DNA from: Deltaproteobacteria bacterium
Lineage (GTDB): Bacteria > Desulfobacterota > Dissulfuribacteria > Dissulfuribacterales > QOAL01
Direction of reading: 5' to 3'
Assembly: GCA_015489315.1 (NCBI GenBank)
Contig: WFZZ01000072.1
Span: 1-17,054 of the forward strand
DNA length: 17,054 nucleotides
Below are positions 1 through 6,222 of this stretch, in pieces; positions within the stretch are counted from its first letter, which is position 1; each line of letters begins with the position of its first letter. The notes under the pieces were generated by a model that saw only the letters and a program-made list of their open reading frames with translations, had not been told where the DNA came from and did not search any database. The translations under genes and the position numbers were made by a program.

Positions 1-1
1 T

Positions 2-928
2 CAGAATATTTTTTAGCTTTTCCTGAGTTTCTAAAGAATTTTTAATATTATCTTGGCTTATAATTCCAAGAATACTGTTTTTCCTAATTGGAAACTTTAT
101 TTCCAGAACCTTTCCCAAATCCACTCCGAAAAGATAGGACAATTCGTCATAAAAGGCCCTGCAAAAGATACGTGCACCCAAAAGATTTGAGACTCTTTTG
201 ATAAGATCAATATCTTCCAGACCTTTTGTATTTTCATAGATTAAAAGGTCCTTTAGCCCAGAAGTATTTTTTGAAAGAAAAAGCCCCAGTTTTTTGGCCT
301 TTTCCTTTATTCCTTTAGTTTTTTGGGAAATTAAAAACCAGAAAGTTCCTCCATCCCTTCCAAGGAAATCAAGCCCCCCATTAAAAACACTTAATAGAAA
401 ATCAAAAAAGGACCTCTTCTTTTTGGATATCTTGACATCAAAAAAGGAAATTTCAACAAGATCAAGGCCATTATTTTTTTTAATAAGCCTTTTTATGTAT
501 TCAGGAATGGAATCATTTATATGTGTCTTTAAGGAATCTTCTTTTAATCGTACAAGTCTTTCTTCAAGCGCTTTTTCTAAAAGTCCAATTAGCCATTTTC
601 CCTCTTCTGCCCCAATATTTTTGGGCACACCGTTTATTTGAAATATGCCCAAAATATCTTCTTTGTCCTTTTTGCTATCTCCAAGCGGGATAAATATCTG
701 ATGATTTACTCTGTCCCAGAAGCCTTTTCCATGTAATAGGGCCCTTTTGGCCCTCTCCCTTTGCCGGGGAGAAATATCTAGTCCTTTCGGGATGATATCT
801 TCATTTTTGGATGTTATGAGCCCAAGGGAATCGATTGGGAAAATGGATTTTATAAAGGATTCAAGCTCATCTCTAAAAAGGTCAAGGTCTCTTTCTAAAA
901 TTTTTGTCTCTAGGAAAGGATAATCCAC
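2..928 (-). CDS. Hypothetical signalling-type protein, C-terminus cut by window edge (possible GAF-like N-terminal region followed by a degenerate GGDEF-like fold)
   Basis: Absent from the ORF track because it runs off the left edge. My reverse-complement translation from GTG at 928..926 gives 309 sense codons with no stop down to position 2 (VDYPFLETKILERDLDLF...ETQEKLKNIL). This GTG is the first start candidate after the in-frame TGA at 949..947 and lies 9 nt after the selA stop. The segment LDLVEISFFDVK...FLGRDGGTFWFLISQ resembles the GGDEF-domain core (LLIDIDFFK...RYGGEEFvvl) but lacks the acidic pair. The K/E/L/I-rich composition matches neighbouring genes. Confidence 0.6.
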   Translation of the reverse strand, partial: MDYPFLETKILERDLDLFRDELESFIKSIFPIDSLGLITSKNEDIIPKGLDISPRQRERAKRALLHGKGFWDRVNHQIFIPLGDSKKDKEDILGIFQINGVPKNIGAEEGKWLIGLLEKALEERLVRLKEDSLKTHINDSIPEYIKRLIKKNNGLDLVEISFFDVKISKKKRSFFDFLLSVFNGGLDFLGRDGGTFWFLISQKTKGIKEKAKKLGLFLSKNTSGLKDLLIYENTKGLEDIDLIKRVSNLLGARIFCRAFYDELSYLFGVDLGKVLEIKFPIRKNSILGIISQDNIKNSLETQEKLKNIL

Positions 929-936
929 AAAAAATA

Positions 937-2349
937 TTACCCCTTTTCAATGACCCTTTTTATAGAATCTGCGATCAACTTGAACTCCTCATCCTTTATT
1001 GTCCTGGTATCAAAAATGATACCTTCATCCTCTATCCTAGTAATAATTGGTATCCTTTCTGACCTTAGCCTTTTTTCAACAAGGGAAACCGGTAGCTCCC
1101 TTCTTGCGCTTTTGATAAAGACCGCACGAGATTTTAGAACCTGAAGGGGCATTGCGCCTCCTCCTACCCTTGAAGTGGTATCTCGATAACCAAGCTCCAG
1201 GGCTTCATCTCCCACCTTGGCCTTTATTAACCGCAAAAGCCTCCTTGCGCGCCTTTTGGTCTCTTCAAAGCTCATGGTGAGCATCCTGAGAGTTGGTATC
1301 TCTTTAAGGGCCTTTTTTGGGTCCCTGTAAATCCTTAAAACTGCCTCAAGGCCGGCAAGGGTAAGCTTGTCAATCCTAACAGCCCTGTTCATAGGATTTT
1401 TCTTTATCCTTTCAACGAGATCCCTTTTTCCGACAATTATACCGGCTTGTGGACCACCAAGCATCTTGTCTCCGCTAAAGGTCACAAGGTCCGCCCCTGC
1501 CCTTAAGGATTCCTGAACCGTTGGCTCATGAATAAAACCATAGGGGGTAAGATCAACAAGATTTCCACTGCCTAAGTCCTCAATTACAGGTATTTCATGT
1601 CTTTTTCCAAGCTCCTTTAGCTCCTTCATGGAGACTTTTTTAGTAAAGCCAACAACTGCAAAGTTACTCTGATGGACCTTCATCAAAAGCGCGGTATTTT
1701 CATTTATTGCATTTTCATAGTCCCTTAAATGGGTCCTGTTGGTTGCGCCAACTTCCCTTAAAATTGCACCACTTCTTGCCATTACGTCAGGGATGCGGAA
1801 AGAGCCGCCAATCTCCACTAGCTCCCCTCTTGAAACAATAACCTCCTTTCCCTTTGCCAGGGTTTCAAGGGTTAGAAGGACTGCTGCGGCATTATTGTTT
1901 ACCACAAGGGCCGCCTCAGCACCTGTTAGTTCGCAAAGAATCGCCTCCACATGGCTGTATCTTGAGCCACGCTTTCCTTTTTCAAGGTCATATTCAAGGT
2001 TGGAATAATTGACAGCCACATCAAAAATCTCTTCAAATATCTCCTTTGTCAAAAGGGAACGACCAAGATTGGTATGAACCACCACCCCTGTTGCATTGAC
2101 AACTGGCCTGAGCGAAGGCCTCATGGCCCTATTAAGCTCATCCTGAACCCTTTTTAAAACCCTTTCAAAGGAAAGCTCCGACTCTTTCTTTATTTCATCT
2201 GACAAAATTTTCCGGCGTAACTCATCTAAAACCCTCCGACAGACTGAAAGACGTAACCTTTGAGGGATTGTATCTGTCAAATTTTCAAGTAACTTGTCAG
2301 TCTTAGGAATCCTTTTTAAAAGTTCCTTTTTTTCTGAGGAGTTTTTCAT
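937..2349 (-). CDS. selA: L-seryl-tRNA(Sec) selenium transferase (selenocysteine synthase SelA)
   Basis: 470-aa ORF with hallmark SelA motifs: N-terminal LLKRIPKTDKLL, VVNATGVVVHTNLGRS, NLEYDLEKGKRGSR, and the PLP-lysine motif FSGDKMLGGPQAGIIVG. Confidence 0.93.
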   Translation of the reverse strand: MKNSSEKKELLKRIPKTDKLLENLTDTIPQRLRLSVCRRVLDELRRKILSDEIKKESELSFERVLKRVQDELNRAMRPSLRPVVNATGVVVHTNLGRSLLTKEIFEEIFDVAVNYSNLEYDLEKGKRGSRYSHVEAILCELTGAEAALVVNNNAAAVLLTLETLAKGKEVIVSRGELVEIGGSFRIPDVMARSGAILREVGATNRTHLRDYENAINENTALLMKVHQSNFAVVGFTKKVSMKELKELGKRHEIPVIEDLGSGNLVDLTPYGFIHEPTVQESLRAGADLVTFSGDKMLGGPQAGIIVGKRDLVERIKKNPMNRAVRIDKLTLAGLEAVLRIYRDPKKALKEIPTLRMLTMSFEETKRRARRLLRLIKAKVGDEALELGYRDTTSRVGGGAMPLQVLKSRAVFIKSARRELPVSLVEKRLRSERIPIITRIEDEGIIFDTRTIKDEEFKLIADSIKRVIEKG

Positions 2350-2821
2350 GTTAAAAGTCTATCTCCTTTGGCCTGGAAAGACAAAAGAGCCTTGGATAAA
2401 AGAAGGCTTGGAATTTTATTTAAAAAGGCTCAAAAATTACTACCAGGTTACCATAATTGAGACAAGACCTTCAAGGCAAAAGGGCAAAGACCCTGAACAA
2501 TCAATAAAAGAAGAAGGTAGATTTTTACTGGAACAGATAAAAAAGATTGGGGCCGAATGCTATGTACTTGACGTAAAGGGAAGGGAAATATCTTCGGAAG
2601 GGCTTGCCAGGCTAATAAAGGAGAAGGAGGAGACTGGTCAAAAAGGAATGGTCTTTGTTATTGGCGGGGCCTATGGCATTGATGAAGAAGTTCTAAAAAA
2701 GGCCAATAAGGCCATTTCCCTTTCCAAAATGACCTTCACCCACGAAATGGCGCGCCTAATCCTCGTTGAGCAGCTTTATAGGGCCGCCTCCATAAATGCC
2801 GGCAGCCCCTATCATCACTAG
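2348..2821 (+). CDS. rlmH: 23S rRNA (pseudouridine1915-N3)-methyltransferase RlmH (SPOUT family)
   Basis: The internal ATG at 2348 (MLKVYLLWPGKTKEPWIKEGLEFYLKRL...) gives about 157 aa, the usual RlmH length. It is preceded by GAGGAG 6 nt upstream. The C-terminus LSLSKMTFTHEMARLILVEQLYRA matches the RlmH knot motif. The 18-codon extension to 2294 in the ORF track is not RlmH-like. Confidence 0.88.
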   Translation: MLKVYLLWPGKTKEPWIKEGLEFYLKRLKNYYQVTIIETRPSRQKGKDPEQSIKEEGRFLLEQIKKIGAECYVLDVKGREISSEGLARLIKEKEETGQKGMVFVIGGAYGIDEEVLKKANKAISLSKMTFTHEMARLILVEQLYRAASINAGSPYHH

Positions 2822-2822
2822 A

Positions 2823-3050
2823 TCAATCTACTGACTCAACCGAGCTTACTTCCGGCACCTCACTCTTAAGATAGCGCTCAATACCTGCCTTTAAGGTCAT
2901 CTGGCTCATGGGGCACCCCTTACATGCCCCTGTAAGCCTTACATTTACAACCCTAGTCTCCTCATCAACATCCACAAGTTCAACATCTCCACCATCTTGC
3001 TGAAGCATTGGACGGACCTTCTCAAGGGCTTCTTTAACCTTTTCCTTCAT
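2823..3050 (-). CDS. NifU C-terminal (Nfu-type) Fe-S cluster assembly/carrier domain protein
   Basis: [30 protein letters not shown]...[25 protein letters not shown] is the classic Nfu fold with a CxxC motif. The start was moved to the ATG at 3050, which has GGAGAG 7-8 nt upstream. The longer track ORF (to 3131) would overlap thiE by 62 nt. Confidence 0.85.
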   Translation of the reverse strand: MKEKVKEALEKVRPMLQQDGGDVELVDVDEETRVVNVRLTGACKGCPMSQMTLKAGIERYLKSEVPEVSSVESVD

Positions 3051-3069
3051 GTCTAGCTCTCCTTTTTCT

Positions 3070-3705
3070 TTAAAAGATACTTGAAATCTCTTTTGCTCTT
3101 TTTTGAATGTCTTTGCACCTCCAAAGACCACTTATTACAGCCACCATGTCTGCGCCTTTTTTAACAAGTAACCCTGCATTTTCACGGTTAATTCCACCAA
3201 TGGCACAGATTGGGACATTAAGCTTTCTTTTGGCCTTTTTGAGTAAATCCATCTCTGCCTTGACTGCGTCTGGCTTTGTTGGAGAAGGGAAAAATGAGCC
3301 AAAGGCCACGTAATCTGCCCCCATTTTTTCGTATTTCATGGCAAGTTCAAGCCTGTTATAACATGAGACTCCGATAATTGCTTTATTCCCCAGTTCCTTT
3401 CTAGCTTCTTTAAGGGAAATGTCATCTTTTCCAATATGAACTCCATGGGCCCCAATCCTTTTTGCAAGGTTAACCCTGTCATTGACAATGAACAAACAGT
3501 TAAATTCCTTACAAATATCTTTTAATTTCAAGGAAATAGAAATCAGCTCTTCATCCTTATGGGTTTTATCCCTTAACTGAATAATCCTGGCACCTCCCGA
3601 CAGGACCTCTTTGACTTTATCAAGGATTAAATCATAAGGGGTCAATAACTCATCTGTAATGGCATAAAGGCCCTTAAGGCTTTCATTCCTTGTATGTTTC
3701 ACCAT
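3070..3705 (-). CDS. thiE: Thiamine-phosphate synthase ThiE
   Basis: Motifs [60 protein letters not shown] and PICAIGGI. The track start at 3717 is a TTG lying inside the terminator U-tract. The ATG at 3705 (MVKHT...) is preferred, but the start is uncertain. Confidence 0.9.
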   Translation of the reverse strand: MVKHTRNESLKGLYAITDELLTPYDLILDKVKEVLSGGARIIQLRDKTHKDEELISISLKLKDICKEFNCLFIVNDRVNLAKRIGAHGVHIGKDDISLKEARKELGNKAIIGVSCYNRLELAMKYEKMGADYVAFGSFFPSPTKPDAVKAEMDLLKKAKRKLNVPICAIGGINRENAGLLVKKGADMVAVISGLWRCKDIQKRAKEISSIF

Positions 3706-3715
3706 ATCAAAAAAC

Positions 3716-3742
3716 AAAAGGGGCCAGATTAAGGCCCCTTTT
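3716..3742 (-). terminator. Rho-independent terminator downstream of the rubredoxin gene
   Basis: The minus-strand read is AAAAGGGGCC-TTAATCT-GGCCCCTTTTGTTTTTT. This is a 6-bp GC stem extendable by A/T pairs, a 7-nt loop and a long U-run, 21 nt after the rubredoxin stop codon. Confidence 0.8.
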
Positions 3743-3762
3743 AAGATGCTCTTTAACCAAAA

Positions 3763-3930
3763 TCAATCAGCAGGATAAAAGTTTTCCTTTTCGGCTCCAC
3801 ATTTTGGGCAAACCCAATCATCTGGAAGGTCCTCAAAGGGAGTGCCTGGCTCAATTCCATGCTCAATATCACCTTCTGCTGGATCATAGATATAGCCACA
3901 AGGGCATTCCATTCTTTGCATCTTACTCAT
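3763..3930 (-). CDS. Rubredoxin (variant first Cys knuckle, CPC instead of CxxC)
   Basis: [51 protein letters not shown] aligns along its whole length with clostridial-type rubredoxin (CGYIYDP, PDDWVCPxCG). The ATG at 3930 was chosen because AAAGGAGGAAG sits 5-6 nt upstream. The track start at 3987 is a TTG that coincides with a -35-like TTGACT. Confidence 0.9.
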   Translation of the reverse strand: MSKMQRMECPCGYIYDPAEGDIEHGIEPGTPFEDLPDDWVCPKCGAEKENFYPAD

Positions 3931-3958
3931 CTTTCTTCCTCCTTTTGAATTTTCACAA

Positions 3959-3987
3959 AAATTAACACATAAATCATATAAAGTCAA
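3959..3987 (-). promoter_or_regulatory. Candidate sigma70-type promoter for rubredoxin
   Basis: The minus strand reads TTGACT (3987..3982), a 17-nt spacer, then TAATTT (3964..3959). This sits about 25-30 nt upstream of the Shine-Dalgarno and ATG at 3930. Pattern match only. Confidence 0.35.
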
Positions 3988-4061
3988 TAAATAAAATAAA
4001 TTTTATCTTATTAATAAAATACATTTTAATCTGTAAGGAATCTAATAAATTACAAAAACTT

Positions 4062-4628
4062 TTACTTCCTAACCCAGTTGCCTGGAGCTTTTTCTATATA
4101 TGTGCCTGAAGGAGCACTTTCCTGCCATTTTTGGGCAAAAATTGCCTGGACCCTAGAAAGTTCTGATAAAGGGATATTAAGGGAACTGGCAACAGCCTTA
4201 TATAGGGCCATCCTGTCACTATTTTCTGCGGTTACAAGCCTTTGGACAGTGGCTTTATCCCTCAAATTAAGGCCAGAGAGGTTTTTTATTACCAAAAGCC
4301 CGTTTGCACCTTCTCCCACAATACCCCTTGACATAAAAGGAGAAAGTAATGGGAAACGATTTTTCATTCTTTCTTTTAACTGCCTGATGGTTGCATTTGA
4401 GACGGTAAGCTCATTTGCCGCATAGACATTTGATTCAAACCCAAGCCAGGAAGTTGGTTTTTCTAGCTTTTTTTCCTTACCCTGGTTCTCAGAGCCCCGA
4501 ACCTCTTTTACAATATCCTCTGCTGCCTTTTGGACCTGGGCAGCGGGGAAATAGATATTCACTGTTACACAGGCAGCCAGAAAAAAAATCACAAACGAAA
4601 CCAGATACCTAATCTCTTTTCTTTTCAT
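4062..4628 (-). CDS. DUF1318 / YdbL-like periplasmic protein in lipoprotein form (possible YnbE-YdbL fusion)
   Basis: The N-terminus MKRKEIRYLVSFVIFFLAAC carries a lipobox (LAAC). The C-terminal half, LKERMKNRFPLL...GIVGEGANGLLVIKN...LVTAENSDRMALYKAVA...IFAQKWQESAPSGTYIEKAPGNWVRK, follows the DUF1318/YdbL pattern (G-E-x-x-G-x-L, aEN.DR.aLY, G.W.RK end). Confidence 0.7.
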   Translation of the reverse strand: MKRKEIRYLVSFVIFFLAACVTVNIYFPAAQVQKAAEDIVKEVRGSENQGKEKKLEKPTSWLGFESNVYAANELTVSNATIRQLKERMKNRFPLLSPFMSRGIVGEGANGLLVIKNLSGLNLRDKATVQRLVTAENSDRMALYKAVASSLNIPLSELSRVQAIFAQKWQESAPSGTYIEKAPGNWVRK

Positions 4629-4632
4629 AACC

Positions 4633-6222
4633 TTAGTAAACCTCCATTTTGCTTTTATCAGACTCTGTTATCCTCTTTAATCTTTCAAGCATGTCTCTGA
4701 AGCTGATTTTTCCATCTGGATTCATATTAACCACATTAACCCCGCCCCAAAAGCCCCTTTTTACAAGATATTCCTTGCCGCCTTCCCTGATTAGACCATG
4801 AAGTTCAAAGACATCATTTTTTAATTTGCAGCTTATACCAATACGCTTATAGGAAAATTCCTTAAAAAACTGACCAATAAGCGACATTGAGCCCTGGCCT
4901 CCACCCAAGATGGATATATTTTCTATTGCCTTTATGCTTATTTTTTTAGGTACATTTGCTGTTTCATCTGTAAGTATCTTAAGAAAAAACTCTTCCGGCT
5001 GACTCCCGCTTATTATCAATCCCTTGATAAAACCATTTATTACACCAGTAATAAGACCAAAGCCCGTATTTGAGGTGATTTCAGAAAGATCAATATGTTT
5101 AAAAAGTATATCACAGCCAATTCTTGGAATTGCTGAAAAGGGATCCAACCATAGATTTTCTATATCAATCTTTCCATTGGCAACTTTGGCTTTTAGAGCC
5201 CCTTCAAATATTACCCGTTCCCCTTTTAGATATGCCTTTTTTATATTGCCTGAAACCTTTATACTTACAGGAAAGTCCTTAAAAACATCCTTTAAATCAA
5301 GTTCATCAAGGTGTAACCCTTCAATTTCAAGGCCCTTTTTTTCAAAAAAAAGCCTTAATTTTTTAAGAAGTAACTCTTTCTCCTTTTTTAAAAATAGGAC
5401 AACTGGCCCTACCTCAAGGTATTTTTTGCACAGACTTATGGGCACTTTATTTGATTTAAAATAGATATTTGCCCCTTCCCTCAAAAGCCTTTTTGGTAAA
5501 AATGGGGAAAGATCAAGCCTTTTCCAGTATATATTTCCATTTTCGCAGAAATCTCCTCCCAAGGGATAGGATAAATTTATGATAAGGCCTTCAAACAGAG
5601 GCCTTTTTCTAAATAAAACTTCCGAAGTCAGGAAAAGGCTGACCCTTTTAGGCATTACCTTGAGATTTATTTTCCCGCTTGGCTCAAGGTCTAATAGAAA
5701 TGGATGGGAATTGGAATAGGCATCCCTCAAAAAAACATTGTACCATGTGTTAAGATTGGCATCTAGTTGAATCTCGCCCTTAAAAAGGCGAGAAAAGCCA
5801 TTTATTTGTTTCCCATTAAAAAATATCTGCATATTATTTGCTCTTAGGTTAAAGGGTCCATGAACCTTAAGATATTTTAAAAGGATATTATCCTTGAGAT
5901 ATGTCCCCTCTGCCTCAAAGGCTCCCCTTAGGGCCTTTAACTCAAAAAACCAGGGATAGATAAAAATTGCGCCATCTTCCCACCCGGCCTTGATTTTAAA
6001 TTCGGTTTGCCCTATCGCCTTCCATCCACTTTCAAACTTCAAAAGGCCTTTTAGGTTTATGCCTTCAAAGGCATGATTTTCATCTCTTTGGCCTGAAAGA
6101 TCTCTCAAATTAAGGTCAATTTGACAATCTAGAAAAGCTGCGAAAGAAGATTGGGAGAAAATAAAGAAAAGGGACTGAATACCCAGGAAAAAAAGTAGAA
6201 AGAAAAGGGGCACTTGCCTCAC
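4633..6222 (-). CDS. Membrane-anchored YdbH-like (AsmA-like / DctA-YdbH domain) envelope protein
   Basis: 529 aa with a GTG start directly abutting the upstream stop (TAG|GTG). It has an N-terminal hydrophobic anchor (VPLFFLLFFLGIQSLFFIF) and a beta-rich repetitive body. The C-terminal segment HIDLSEITSNTGFGLITGVINGFIKGLIISG...GGKEYLVKRGFWGGVNVVNMNP is reminiscent of the YdbH C-terminal domain. Synteny with a DUF1318/YdbL gene 4 nt downstream mirrors E. coli ydbH-ynbE-ydbL. The family assignment is an inference. Confidence 0.5.
   Translation of the reverse strand: MRQVPLFFLLFFLGIQSLFFIFSQSSFAAFLDCQIDLNLRDLSGQRDENHAFEGINLKGLLKFESGWKAIGQTEFKIKAGWEDGAIFIYPWFFELKALRGAFEAEGTYLKDNILLKYLKVHGPFNLRANNMQIFFNGKQINGFSRLFKGEIQLDANLNTWYNVFLRDAYSNSHPFLLDLEPSGKINLKVMPKRVSLFLTSEVLFRKRPLFEGLIINLSYPLGGDFCENGNIYWKRLDLSPFLPKRLLREGANIYFKSNKVPISLCKKYLEVGPVVLFLKKEKELLLKKLRLFFEKKGLEIEGLHLDELDLKDVFKDFPVSIKVSGNIKKAYLKGERVIFEGALKAKVANGKIDIENLWLDPFSAIPRIGCDILFKHIDLSEITSNTGFGLITGVINGFIKGLIISGSQPEEFFLKILTDETANVPKKISIKAIENISILGGGQGSMSLIGQFFKEFSYKRIGISCKLKNDVFELHGLIREGGKEYLVKRGFWGGVNVVNMNPDGKISFRDMLERLKRITESDKSKMEVY

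Noticed and set aside
294-641. Plus-strand ORFs in the track that lie antisense to long minus-strand genes (294-641, 950-1144, 1739-2008, 3107-3313, 3690-3965, 4078-4425, 4415-4612, 5024-5464, 6214-6513, 6732-7273, 7480-7809, 8658-8891, 9618-10228). The same applies to minus-strand ORFs antisense to the pilus genes (12296-12604, 12985-13179, 13516-13713, 14163-14483, 15547-15851, 16656-16850).
   Set aside because: All are fully shadowed by longer ORFs with clear family motifs. Their translations are low-complexity (S/P/L/F-rich) with no recognisable motifs or SD sequences. They are typical antisense artefacts of AT-rich K/E-rich coding DNA.
937-2349. Looked for selenoprotein genes, SECIS hairpins, selB or tRNA-Sec (selC) next to selA.
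   Set aside because: No ORF in the window is interrupted by an in-frame TGA. Intergenic space is too small for a tRNA. The gene after selA lacks GTPase motifs, so nothing supports further selenium-related features here.
2819-2825. Convergent rlmH (stop TAG, 2819-2821) and nfu (stop, 2823-2825) separated by 1 nt with no terminator hairpin.
   Set aside because: This is real but unremarkable in compact genomes. There is no structure or motif to interpret beyond possible 3'-end transcript overlap.
3718-3762. TPP riboswitch (THI-box) upstream of thiE.
   Set aside because: The region is only about 57 nt, is occupied by a simple terminator hairpin, and has no CUGAGA-type THI-box core. It is too short for the roughly 100-nt aptamer.
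3991-4006. AT-only palindrome ATAAAAT-AA-ATTTTAT between the DUF1318 gene stop and the rubredoxin promoter. I considered it as an operator (PerR/Fur-like) or as the terminator of the seven-gene operon.
   Set aside because: It is made purely of A/T in a roughly 75-nt stretch that is almost entirely A/T, so such palindromes are expected by chance. It has no match to Fur or PerR box consensus and would form too weak a hairpin for a terminator.
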